Of a stretch of 64,000 bases of DNA, positions 1 through 12,820 are shown piece after piece. Numbering within the stretch: position 1 is the stretch's first letter; each line of letters starts with the position of its first letter. This stretch comes from Tubulanus polymorphus (lineage: Eukaryota; Animalia; Nemertea): positions 12,979,947 through 13,043,946 of the forward strand of contig NC_134030.1 of NCBI RefSeq assembly GCF_964204645.1. The letters are read 5' to 3'. The notes below the pieces were generated by a model, which was not told the origin of the DNA, ran no database searches, and saw nothing but the letters and a program-made list of their open reading frames with translations. A program made the position numbers and the translations under genes.

Positions 1-1033
1 TAGTGATATTCAATTGATAGAATCGCGAATGTAGAATCGCAAATTCTTTAGAATGACATGCTATCCTTTGGCGATGGATTCAATAGCATTGTTGGTGATA
101 CTATACATAGATTCGCAGACGCCCAAAAAATAATGCGATTGTACTATTCAGAAATAAACGCAAATTCTTTAGAATTTCTTTAGCATCTTCCGATGCAAAT
201 TGCATTGAATTTTCACATGTGTTGTTTTGGACAATCAAAGATGCTGCATAAAAAAGTGCTCAAATAAATCAAATTTTTTACACTTTTTGGTTAATTTCTC
301 AAAAATATGAAACCCACAGCTTTCAACTTTGTGCACCATACAGAAAAACAAATTATGAAATATACTTTTGTTTAACCCTTTCAATTCGCCCATTAGTAAT
401 GAAATTACAGGCTACAGAAATCGCGTTTGAGTGGGCTAAAATAACTTTGAGCGTAGTGTATTAAGCATACAAATGATAATCGACCGGCCAGAGCGTTGAC
501 ATAGGCTCGCTAACGTGAGCCAAAAATCAATGGGCGCGAAGGTCACGATTTAAACACTGCTGCACCTAGCTGCTGAATTAACGAAACCAGCAACCTAAAT
601 TTTTCAGGTCTCAATGCCCGTAGAAAAAATCTTATTCAAAATATTTTTCAAATATTAGGTTACCAAATGAAAATGCTTGCTGAGCTTTATTGACAAATCT
701 AATCTATTATATAAATGGAAGAACATCAAACTATTTTATACACGTAGGGCGACAAATCTCCGGCAGGAAAATAGTTCAAGCAAACTACCGACGATCGCTT
801 TCTAGCCAAAGGCTTTAAAAGTTATTAAAGTTAAACTAGTTGATTATGACCCCAAATGCTGGGAAAACGCATCTGAGCACTTACAAATAGAAAATACCCT
901 GACCTCCATTCCTGATAAGTGCTCCTTCGGAGCTCGTTTTCTGAGTACATACCGCCCCTGGGACTTTCTTTACAATGGAGATCACTGTAGGGGGGGGGGG
1001 GGGGGGACAATTCAATATATATTCTATACATAC

Positions 1034-1149
1034 CATGCCTGAACAAGCCCCAGAAATGAGAAAATCTGATAGTGATAACTTTTGACCTTGTTGGACTTTC
1101 TGTGAGAGGAATAATCCTTTCAAGAGTTCATAACCACTCCAGTATATGG
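1034..1149 (-). CDS. SLC25A40: SLC25A39/40-like carrier, coding exon 4 (gene continues off the left edge)
   Basis: tttatttcag acceptor; AIYWSGYELLKGLFLSQKVQQGQKLSLSDFLISGACSGM; gtatgt donor. AIYWxxYE directly follows RDVPFS in this family. Confidence 0.9.
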
Positions 1150-2122
1150 CTGAAATAAATAAAAAAAGAAGCGGACTATTATTGAGCTACTATTATGTGC
1201 TCACCATATAATATTTTGTGGGTTTTACTTATAAGCAAAACAGTTTTTTGGGCATCAGTTTTTCAATGCGTATATTGAATAGAAATTTCACAACTTTCAT
1301 TTTCTTTAGGAAAACCAATCACTCAAATCCATAGATTAGCAAGGTGTTAATGGGTCATTGATCAACCGCAGGAATAATTGTTGTTCCATCAATTTTGATC
1401 ATACATGTATACAAAAAAGAAATGCAATTACCGTATTTTCCGGCTAATAAGCTGATTTTCTAGCGTCAGATTTTTACCCCAAAATATCATGATCTGCTTA
1501 TATGACGGATATAATTAATATATACGCTCGTCAGCAGTCAGCCGCATGTTTGCGAATGTAGGTTACAATATATGGTTCTGTATGTTAGAAATCACCTGAG
1601 CGAGTCTATATATAGCAGTGACTCGGCGCGATGATAGTATACACTGTCACGCATATCGTGAGCTTATTACCGGCCAAACGTGTCATTGTAAATAGTCATA
1701 TACTCATATCACTTCATGTGCATTTCACATTATTAGACATTTCATTGGTTCTTCATTTCCCGCCATACTTCATACTTCATCGGTTTTCTGTATAATGTGT
1801 CAGTTTTGTGTATAGAATAACATCTCAGTCTAAACCAAGTTTTCGGAGTTGTCAGTTCTTTTATTCAGAAGAAGGATTTCAGTCCCCTGGTCACTCTCCG
1901 TGTGACAACAAAGTTGCCAGATCTACTTTTACAGCGTTATTAACCCCCCCTATTTATCAGATCTTTCGTTAATTGAATGACTGTAAAAATGGTTTGCTTT
2001 GGTTTGCGGTAAACATACACGAGCCGATGCCAACACGCTCGTTCCTCGAGAGCTAAAAAGGGTTCCATATTCCCCAAATAACAAAAAGGTTGACCGGAGG
2101 GGTCCATACCTATGCTTTTTAA

Positions 2123-2694
2123 CCCTTTCAGTACTATGGACATGCTATGCACGCTTCTACTGCGTCACTTTGTGTGAGGCTGACGTGCAGAGCACGCATA
2201 TCAGTATTCTTTTCAAATTGACTGCAGCACAACGGCGCTCGTTTTGGTTTGAATTGTCAGCGCTTTCCAAAAAAAAAAATTCAAAAATTGTTTTGCAAAT
2301 CTTCAAAATCTTTTAGATTGCTCCTGGGTGCCAGCCGGAAAATCGAAATAATAACCAAAAATTTGAAATTCTTTTATTCTGGCGTTCGTTCCATAATATC
2401 ACCCCCGTTACCGTACAGTACTGCCATCTCTCCATAATCATTTTATTGGTTTTTTTTTCTCGATTTTTAGTGATTTTTTTTGGAAAATGGTGGTTTTTAG
2501 TATGGTCAGCCATATGTATCAAAATGGCTACTATTGGGGTGCCTAATATCAAAATTATGAAAAAATGTATTCACAATTAGTTTTATGCGTTTCATATGTG
2601 AAAAAAATGGATCAATTGCAGTTATTTAAGAAAAATTCAAATTTTGATAAAAAGGCTCAGCACAGGGCAAAAATAGGCCTCAGCAGCGAAAGGG
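2123..2694. mobile_element. Non-autonomous piggyBac-type MITE
   Basis: TTAA|ccctttcag ... gcgaaaggg|TTAA; same terminal motif as the 6831-12244 element; no transposase. Confidence 0.8.
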
Positions 2695-3739
2695 TTAATA
2701 ACATTTCATCAATTATAGCATTAATTACAATCAGCGTGCATTAAAAAATATTCAGCTCGGGCGCTTACTGACAGAGGCTTTCTCTAACACACTTCACAGA
2801 GGTTCCCATGCAGAGAAAATAGGCCGCCCTAAAATTTCCTCAATCGACGATTTTTTTAGCTTTCACATGTTTGCTCAACCAATGTTTGCTATGTTTGCAA
2901 TGTTTGCTACGTGTTCATTGATCACAAGTGCGTCAACTGTATCACATTTACATGTACACGTATGACCAAACATTTCACAGGTTAAAACCCACTCACAGAG
3001 AAAGGACTGCTAATTTTGCTTATTTTGTGAATTGTATAAACACGGCTCATAAGTCAAGCCTATCGACTTAGGAAGATTTAAAGGAACACAAGTTAAAGAT
3101 GATAATGTGTGTTTGAAATTGAATTTCTTTCAGCTGTCTTAACAGTAGCTCGGCAAAATTTTGCAAAGGGCCTTTTATTTTGGTGCAAAGCCATTGCAAT
3201 AGAAGGCCCCTGCTTAAAACACAAATGTACTTTGTTAGGCAGCCCATTGATATTTTAGAACCAAAAAAGATTTGCAAATAATGTTATTATGAAAGAAAAA
3301 TCATTACCATTACTGGGTAAGGGTTATTCCTACTTACTACACAGGCCCCGGATATGTAATAGTTTGCTTAAAAAAAATCATAAAAGCAGCTTTTTCAACT
3401 GGGTTTGGGTCTAGTTAGGATGTTGTTTAGGGTTGTGACGAGCCAATAAAACATTTGTTATTTCTGAGAATTAAAATTAATGATTTTCACAATAAAAGTC
3501 TTGATTTTTAGTGATCTTTACCGAAACTGTTTCGAGCGACTTTAAGATATACCCCGTCGTGTAACCAACAACTGCATGATGATTCATCATGAATATAAAT
3601 GCACCTGGTGATGGGGTTTCCCTTATGACTCAGACTCTCCACATGCTTGGCATGAACCTGGATGCTGCACAATTTCATTTATTACGTAGGCTACGTAGGC
3701 TGTGTGAAGTTTGAAGACAATCTATTTTTGTAAATTGAA

Positions 3740-3870
3740 CAATTTCCAAGATTCATTGCCCCTTTCCCAAATTCACTGTCCTTCTATATAATTCACTGCT
3801 TTCCACGGCCGTGAATAATTTTTTTCAATTCACTGCTCTTCTCTGCTTTCATAGCTTGTGACGAACACTG
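3740..3870. mobile_element. Relic terminus related to the hAT element at 30591-34496
   Basis: attcactgc repeats, gccgtgaata and gacgaacactg parallel 34370-34496. Confidence 0.6.
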
Positions 3871-4526
3871 GAATCATAGGGTGTTGTCATATCGCAGAAT
3901 CATGGATTCGCGGAATTTTTCAACAAGAGATCCACGGATCTTAATATCTCGGGCGCAGAATGTTATCTTTGTAATTTATAGGCGCCATCTGATTGATGCA
4001 TCTGTAAGGTTTTCCTTGAACACTCCATGGATGCGTAAAATCTGCTGATTTCGGTGAACAACATCATCGAAATCAAACAGCAATCATCGTGGCAATACAC
4101 GAGGTTTGGGCATATTCGATTGTGCGCGCATAATCTTCCGTGAAGTAGCGTATCGATTGAATCTTCGGTTATCTGCATAATGAAATAGATATGGGGAGAC
4201 AAAATCGATACTACGGCTATCAAATTAAAAATAAACATATAAGACTCTCCCATGACTGGGAAATGAAAAACTAGAACCGAGCAGATTAATAGATATAGAT
4301 GAGATTAAAAGACCGGTTTGTCTGCGTCAATCGAATATGCCCTTACATTGATTGACAGCGGGAGCTCAACCAACCGCAGGGAGCAGTTATTTAACTTCAA
4401 TGTAACGTTGTACATCGGCCTTCTAGCCGTTTTATGAAACAAAATGCTCCTTGAAATTTCTTTAAAAATCGCCACAAATTCGTCGATTTCTCTTAAATGA
4501 ACGCTTTTAGCCATTCATGGTCGGAA

Positions 4527-4800
4527 GATTTTCATCCCTGTACAACTGACATCGCCAATCGTTATACATACAACAACTCAAAGTGCTTTATCGTTCCCCG
4601 TACGAACACCGAACAGTACAAACACTCGTTCTTTGTCAAAACAACACTTGATTGGAATAAACTGCCGGAAAATATCGTCTGCTCTAGTACAACTGAGCAG
4701 TTTGACACCCAGATCAGCAAATATTAACCTAACTTGCTTTCTCCCCTACCTGTCGTATTAATGCCGACATCGGATACTGCAACGTATTACTACAGATTAG
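4527..4800 (+). mobile_element. CR1-type LINE 3' end
   Basis: FIVPRTNTEQYKHSFFVKTTLDWNKLPE, homologous to the C-terminus at 24128-24250. Confidence 0.75.
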
Positions 4801-5080
4801 AATACATGTATGCACGCTTGCTGATAGTGTTTTCACCTCCGCCGAATAAGAATCCTGGTTTGGATGATGAAAAAACTTTAAAATGCAAGCTTTTTTTATC
4901 ACAGTGTGCAGAGTTTGGAACTTTCCAAGAATCATTTGTTTGGACATATGTATATTGCCCTATCGACAGTTCCCTCTTCCATCAAAAAGTGATTCTATCT
5001 CACTGAAGGAATTTTTTTTAATTTTTATTTCCTCGGTAATGATATCTGAATAGGTCTACCTCATAAATCAAGCCAATTAA

Positions 5081-5368
5081 AACTAGGGGTCCAGGGACAC
5101 CATGCCCACTTGGGAAGTGGTTTCAAATGCTTAACAATCTAACAATTTCAATATTCAATACCCCATCCAATGACCTTGAAACTTCTACTATTCAACACCC
5201 CCCGGTGACCATATGCAAAGCCCAATGACCTTGAAACTCATCATAATCATAGAACATGTCATGAGCTACAACTTTGCAATTGATCATGGTAACAAAATGG
5301 ATCGCCGGATGACGGACGAAAAGTGAACGCAATTGCCCGCTGGGACTAAAGTCCCAAGTGGACTCAAA
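5081..5368 (-). mobile_element. HINE-like family B, short internally deleted copy
   Basis: Ends aactaggggtccagggacacc and gcccgctgggactaaagtcccaagtgg shared with the other B copies. Confidence 0.8.
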
Positions 5369-7251
5369 TTGGCCTTACCATAATGGCATGCAGTTGAATC
5401 ATTTGCAGTTTCTGGAAAACTTTAACTAGGCCACACGCGAGGTGCGCTTTTCATATACATGTATGTTGCTAGCAGTAGTGAATAGATCAATACACTACAA
5501 AGCAGCGAGTCTCTGTGACGTGCATGTGTGAATCATGAATATACGTAACAGCACAAGTGTTCTTCCGAAACTAACAAATAAATAACTAAATTGATAAATA
5601 ACTAAATTGATAAATAAGCAACCTATTCCATTGAATTTCAATAGGATTAGAGATTTCATTACTGCATTGAATGTTTTGAAAGAGAAACTTAGCCTCTTGC
5701 GCATGCTAGTTCATATCTAAGCAAGAAAGTGTCACAAGCTATAGCAAAAATACACTTCGCTTACCGTATTTTCCGGTGTATAAGTCGAGTTTTTGAGACC
5801 AAAAATCATGTCCAATAAACGTAGGTAAGCGACAATTCTGACAATTTCAAAATTTCATTCCCCTAAGTGGACATATAGAACTAGGGGTCCAGGGACACCA
5901 TACACACTTGGAAAGTGGTTTCAAATGCTCAACAATCTAACAATTTCAATATTCAATGCCCCCAGGCAACCATATACAAAAACCAATGACCTTGAAACTA
6001 ACCACATTCATAGAACATGTCAGCAGCTACAATTTTGCAATTGGTTGTGATAATAATATATACCTCGGTACTAATATAATATGGAAATACTAAGTTATTC
6101 TACTATTCAAACCCCTGGTGACCATATGCAAAACCCAATGACCATGAAACTCACCACAATCATAGAACATGTCGTGAGCTTCAATTTAGCAATTTATTAT
6201 GGTAACAAAATATGCCTAGGTACCAATATAATAAGGAAATACTAAGTTATTCTACTATATAACGCCCCATGGTGACCATATAGAATAACTTATGACCTTG
6301 AACTCACCACAATCATAGACCATATCATGAGCTACAACTTTGCAATTGATTGTAGTAACAAAATATGCATAGGTAAGAATAAAATATCAAAATACTAAGT
6401 TATTGTATGATTCAACGCCCCCTGGGGCCATATACAACAAGAACATTAATTTTAATAAATTATTTGACGCCTGTAATGTAAAATGTAAAATTTCTGGGAT
6501 AAGCTTATGTGGAATTGCAAATTTGAAATTGAAGTTTTAAGAAATTTGGGGAATTATGAGGTTTGGCGATTGGGTAGATGATACAGGTCTTCGACTGGTC
6601 TAATTAAAAAAAAAAATTGTCAACTTGCGACCGACTTCGATTCACTTTTGCCTCTAAGCTGGTCTGCAACTTCATTGCCTCCATGGTTGAAGAAAGAGCT
6701 CTTCTGATGTCTGCTTCATCATGACTTCGAGCATATCGTGTAGCCAGCCGGCCCAGTCCCCGGGGCCCAGTTTGGTTGTCACTCGATATCCTAATCTTGA
6801 GTCTGGGTTGAAGTAGACATTGTCATTTAACCCTTTCAGTGCTGGGTATTTTTCCCCTAAAGTGCTGAGCATAAATTGGGCTATTTTGGGTCTTTTTAAA
6901 TATGCCCTAATAAAATACTTAAGAATAGCCTAATCCAAAAACTGTTGGTGTATCCTACTAGGGGACATGAAGGGCTAAGTTGCAATGGCGAAAAAAGCTG
7001 CGGTTGCTATGACAACGAGATGTCACATGACCTGGCGGCCATCTTGAATTAAAAAATTGGACCATTTCTGTTCAGAAAACTAACCCTAGCTACTCAAATC
7101 TTCAGAATATGAGTCTTTTGAGGATGGATGTATATGCTGCCACATAAATTCTATAGTTTCATCAATTTTCAAAAGATTTCAACATAATTTGAAGTTTTTA
7201 TGATGATTTTAGTAAAACTTGGCGCTTTTCCAGGAATTTCAAAAATCTAGA

Positions 7252-7361
<110 letters not shown>

Positions 7362-7455
7362 CCCTGGTGGTAGTCTGTAACACTACAACAAAAAATAATT
7401 GACGCAATAAAACCTTGATTTTCGCTTATGAAACAGTATAATTGTATAACATAAA

Positions 7456-8655
7456 CAAGAAGCCTGTCGGCTTATATAGCTCCGGTGTCTTTGTTGTGGC
7501 TTGGAGCATAGACTATCACATCAGTATCTATTTAAAACTAGATGTTCAGGGACATTATAGCCACTTGACAAGATAAATCTATAAATAGAACTAATTTGCA
7601 AAACATCCTCTATACTTATGTAGGCATCATCCCATAGATCATTCATAAAAAGTTTAATTCCAATTTGATAAAAACTGAAGAAGGTGTAGCGATTTAAGTG
7701 AAAATCTAAAAAAATTATCCCTAATTTGCAAAATTTATGCATAATCTAGAATATGGCTCTATACTGGTTTAGACAATCCCCTATAATCCGCTGAAAATTG
7801 GAGGAGTAGCGATTGAAAGGAAAATCTAAAAAAGGCCTAATTTGCATAATTTATGCAAAATCAAAAATATGGCTCTTTACTTTTGTAGGCACTCCCCAAT
7901 AGATCATTCATATGAAGTTTGGTTGAAATCTACTGAAAACTGGAGTAGAAGTAGCAATTTAAGTGAAAATCTAAAAATAGCCCTAATTTGCATAATTTAT
8001 GCAAAATCAAAAGTATGGCTCTATACTTTTGTAGGCACTCCCCCATACATCATTCGTACCAAGTTTGGTTGATATCTACTGAAAACTGAAGTAGAAGTAG
8101 CGATTTAAGTGAAAATCTAAAAATAGCCCTAATTTGCATAATTTATGCAAAATCAAAAATATGGCTCTGTACTTTTGTAGGCACTCCCCCATAGATCATT
8201 CATACCAAGTTTGATAGAAATCCGCTGAAAATCGATGGAGGAGTAGCGATTTTAGTGAAAATCTAAAAATAGCCCTAATTTGCATAATTTATGCAAAATC
8301 AAAATATGGCTCTGTACTTTTGTAGGCACTCCCCCATAGATCATTCATACCAAGTTTGATTGAAATCCGCTGAAAATCGATGGAGGAGTAGCGATTTTAG
8401 TGAAAATCTAAAAATAGCCCTAATTTGCATAATTTATGCAAAATCAAAATTATGGCTCTGTACTTTTGTAGGCACTCCCCCATAGATCATTCATACCAAG
8501 TTTCATCAAGATCCCATCAGAACTGTAGGACTAGTAGGGATATAAAGAAAAAGTTGACGCCGGACACCGAACACCGGACGGCGGACGGACGGACGACGAC
8601 GACGAACCCCCTAACCCATCAGCTCCGCTGACCTTCGGTTACAGCGGAGCTAAAA
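7456..8655 (-). mobile_element. HINE-like non-autonomous Helentron, family A, with ~146-bp tandem array
   Basis: One end aagaagcctgtcggctt hairpin plus tagctccg; other end agctccgctg...cagcggagctaaaa hairpin; (acgg/acg)n microsatellite; repeat units at 7981, 8127, 8273, 8418; inserted in an A-run with no obvious TSD. Confidence 0.8.
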
Positions 8656-8829
8656 AAAGTGAAGTTATCAAACACAACAAAAACAAATTCAAACTCTTTA
8701 GAACAAATAAGTGTACTCATGTATAACAAATAACTGCGCATAAACTCATTTAGAACCAATAAATGCATATAAAGTCATGTAAAATTGTGATATCTAGTTT
8801 TTCTTTTAGTTGGTTGGTAGCCGGTTCAT

Positions 8830-11800
8830 TCAGACGTTTCCGTAATAAAGTTTTGAGTGGTACAATCTAAAACAGTCGTTATCAATATGCAAGCCAGGTT
8901 TATCGGGACAATCTGCGCAGATCCAGACAGTTTTTATCTCTCTTCCAATAGGAGAACGAAGACCTTGGGCCCAACAAACTCGGCAAGCTTTCGTGGGTCG
9001 ACGATCAGCCTTTGCATCCGTATAGGCTGCTTCTGTGTAGGGAAATGGCGCCCTGTGAGACGAGTGACAACATTGATGATATACAATTCCTTGTTCAATC
9101 TTGGTGTGAATGTCAATAGAGTCCCAACAGTATCATGCATGAATGAGAGGAACGTCATGTTTCCATTGATATTTTTGTTCATCACTTTGTTTGCATTCAG
9201 GCAAACTTGCAGCAGAAGTCTTACGAAAATCTTCTTATACCACTTATACGCTTTTCGGATTGCTGGCATTGTATGTAACTGTTGATCTACAGTGTCCACG
9301 CCTCCCATGTGCTTATTGTATTGATTGATACAGCGTGGTTTGATAATGTTATTGCCATCTCTATCTTTTTTTCCAGTCTCTACCATATCAGCAGTATGTT
9401 TAGTCGTTAGCATGAAAACCTGTTTTGGCTTCCCATCGGCCTTATCCTGAGATGCGCGGTATTTGACAGCTAGAAATCTATCATCCGACTGGGCACAGGC
9501 CATCTCACCTTTTTCTAATTCAGTGCCCCTCAAACATGCGGCGTAATTAGCACGATTTGCCTTGACTGTACCACACAGGTAAGTCCCGTTATCCAGCAGA
9601 TATTGCGCTAAATCAGGTGAAGTATAGAAATTATCTGTGTAAAGCGTACGTCCCTCATTCAAATAAGATTGCATTAGATTGATTACAATTCTTTCGGTTT
9701 GTTTCATTTCAGGTTTTGGGTCCGCGTGATCTCGGAATAGATTCTCCGCAGTATAAATCATGAAATCTTATGTGATTCCGTCTGCTGTACAAAGTTCATA
9801 AAACTATATCCCGAAGCGAGAGCGTTTCGTTCGAATAAACTGCTTGAATATCAGGCGCCCTTTATACAGCAATAAAGATTCATCAATACTAATATTCTCA
9901 CCAGGAGAATAAACACGAGCACATGACTGCCTGACCTTACGCACGAAATTTCGAATTTTGTATAAACGATCACGATTTTCCTGCTGCACATTGAAGTCTG
10001 GGTGTTCGTTATCAGCGAAATGCAAGAATTTCAAGAGCAATTGAAAACGATCTCTTGTCATCGCTTGGCCGAATAACGGTGTCATGAATAATTCATCTGT
10101 TGACCAATACATGGGTATCTCAGGCTTATGAACGATTCCCATCAGGAGTACAAGTCCTATGAAGGTTCGAATTTCATTTGGGTTTGTAGGCGTCCACTGA
10201 CTGACACGGGAATGATCACTCAGATTTTCCCTGTTACTTTGGATGTACTGTTCAGCGTACCGATTTGTTTCCTGGACAATCAAATCAATAATTGTGTCTG
10301 TCATGTATAACGAAAAGTATGTGTATGCATTATTTTTGTCTGCTTCGGGTATACGTATGCGCAACCTTTCTTGTCCAGTGAACTGTATATCCATGGGGGT
10401 GTAATCAGGTGACTGCGTTACAGCCCACTGGCGAGGTGGGGGAATGTTAGGCCGTGCAGCGCGTGCACCAGGACCGCGTCCACGCCCTCTACGTCCACGT
10501 GCACCGCCTCCACGACCACCGCGTCCCCGCCCGCGAGGACCACGCCCACGTCCACGTTGCGCTTGTAAATCAGGCCTACCTACAATGGGACTGCTGCTCC
10601 GTGATCTTGATCGGTCACTGCTACCGTCACTGGCGGCTTCAGGCGCTGGTGTTTCATTCAAAGTTATTCCATCTGAATCTAAAAGAGAACAATGAACTAA
10701 TTAGCATTGGCCAAAATAACTTGCAGTTCAGGTAGAACGAGGGGTCCAGGGACACCACGCCCACTTGGAAAGTGGTTTGAAATTCTCAACAATCTGACAA
10801 TTTCAATATTCAACACCCCCTGGTGAACATATCTTGAAATCAAAGACATTGAAACTCACTACAATCGTAGAACATGTCATGAGCTAAAATTTTGAAATTC
10901 ATTGTGGTAACAAAATATTCGTAGGTACCAAAATAATATGGTAATACTAAGTTATTCCACTATTCAATGCCCCCTGGTGACCGTATACAAAAACAAATGA
11001 CTTCGGACGGACGACAGACGAAAAGTGAACGCAATTGCCCGCTGGGACTATTGTCCCAAGTGGGCTAAAAAAAACAAATACTGGCAGAGTGTGTGAATCA
11101 GGCCTACCATCAAGAGAACTGCTGCTCCGTGATCTCAATCGGTCACTGCTAGCGTCACTGGCGGCCTCAGGCGCTGGTGTTTCATTCAAAGTTATTCCAT
11201 CTGAATCTAAAAGAGAACAATGAAATAATTAGTGTAATATTGGCCTATATTGATTGTATGACTACCTTTTTGAATAGACCTAGGGCTAAAGCCAATGAAT
11301 ACAGCTGTCAATAAGCAGCCTCAAAATATAGCCTACACTAGAATAGGCAGATATTGGATATTGGAGCGCTTTATTTATAGGCCTAAATGTTTTGATTATC
11401 ATTATATAAAACGCCGGGCATCCTGGAAATCGCTACAATTAAAGTAGGCCTATGGAATGAGTGAGTGTTCTTATGAATTATAAGTATATTCTGTGATTTC
11501 ATGTATTTTCACACTGTCAATACATCAGCAGGCATCACGGTATACACTACGGGTATAGCCTACACTACAGTGTGGCGTTGGAACTGCAGCGACGAATACC
11601 GCGGCAATAATTTACTGAATTACGTTTTTTTCTTCGAATACCATGTTTTTGACACATACATGTAGTAGTAAATTCACCACAGAACCTGTCAAAATCGACA
11701 ATTCGCCGCGGCAATCAAAATTTGTTTTCAACGGCAACGTGCCTGTACAGTACATTAGGCCAACTAGTATACTGCTATAGCCAATAGAAAAAAAGCCTCA

Positions 11801-11982
11801 CCTTCTTCCGATAATTCACCGCCACTATTATCTGAATATTCCCAATCGGAGTCAACATGTGAGGGGCCAGCGTCTAATTCATCGTCCCGATCCCCAGACT
11901 GGTCGGAATCTTCATCCATAGATATAGAATCCAGTGCTTGATCCAGCGTAAATCTACGCCGCTTCGGACGATGCGCCGCCAT
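8830..11982 (-). pseudogene. piggyBac transposase, two exons (11982-11802; 10678-8830), disrupted
   Basis: IDES, DNFY and VDTVDQ catalytic motifs. Two in-frame stops (~9804 and ~9768) and a frameshift near 9025 before the Cys-rich tail (CRVC...CADC...H...C...H). Confidence 0.9.
10736..11074 (-). mobile_element. HINE-like family B copy inside the piggyBac intron
   Basis: Both family-B termini with about one internal repeat unit. Confidence 0.85.
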
Positions 11983-12820
11983 TTTGTACAAAAAACAAAA
12001 CGCTACGATTTACAACTCGATGAAATCAATACTTATAATACTGCAATATTACCCGCATATTACTACAGGCGCGTGTCTATAGTATTCCTACGTATGTAAA
12101 TTAGTGTTAGAAACTGTCAGAAGGTGGCGCCAGGGTACGGTCACTGAAAATTATCGGTGAATAACGGTACACCGCGTCGCGGTGTACTAGCAAAGTCGAT
12201 CACCGAATTATACACCGCGTTGCGGTGTAGACGCACTAAAAGGGTTAAATAACTTATTTATGTTATTCTGTATGAATTACCCGTGTGTCTTGTATTTCGT
12301 ATTTTCTTATCTTAAAATGTGTAACTTAATTGAATTTGGGAATTTTATCCCGGAATTTCAATGGATCAATAAAGAATTGAATTGAATTGTCACCTAATAC
12401 ACATGCCATCAGTGGATGCGGAGCCGTATATGACAGCTATGCTATTATAAATTGCTAATCTCATGAAACCTGCATACCCCTAATATCGAACATATTTTCT
12501 AAACCATTTGAATATTGAAATTATATGTTTATGTTTTTATATTGACCGCTTGTAGCCGCCGATGAAATTCACGCCGGCCCTACACAGATCTTAGATAGCT
12601 TCGTCATTCCACCAGCATCCCCATGTCAGGGTCTGACTTTTATATCAGACTTCCAAATCGTGTTTACATCCGCCATTTAACCGAATAATCCGATTTACTT
12701 ATCAATGCTATATATGCCTGCCGCTTCTGATATAATCATACATCCTTTACTATTACAATACGTCTTCTCATGATATTCAATGCAATATAACATTTTGACG
12801 TTCAAATAGAGGTCATTATA

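Noticed and set aside
989-1006. Poly-G tracts (also 62759-62773) as functional G-quadruplexes
   Set aside because: Simple homopolymers with no supporting context.
1429-1460. taccgtattttccgg pogo/Tc1-like TIR starts (also 5762, 25997)
   Set aside because: No matching opposite terminus found, so element boundaries cannot be supported.
6672-6872. 66-aa ORF (and 53278-53514)
   Set aside because: Spans the piggyBac/HINE junction; the frame is not conserved in the second copy.
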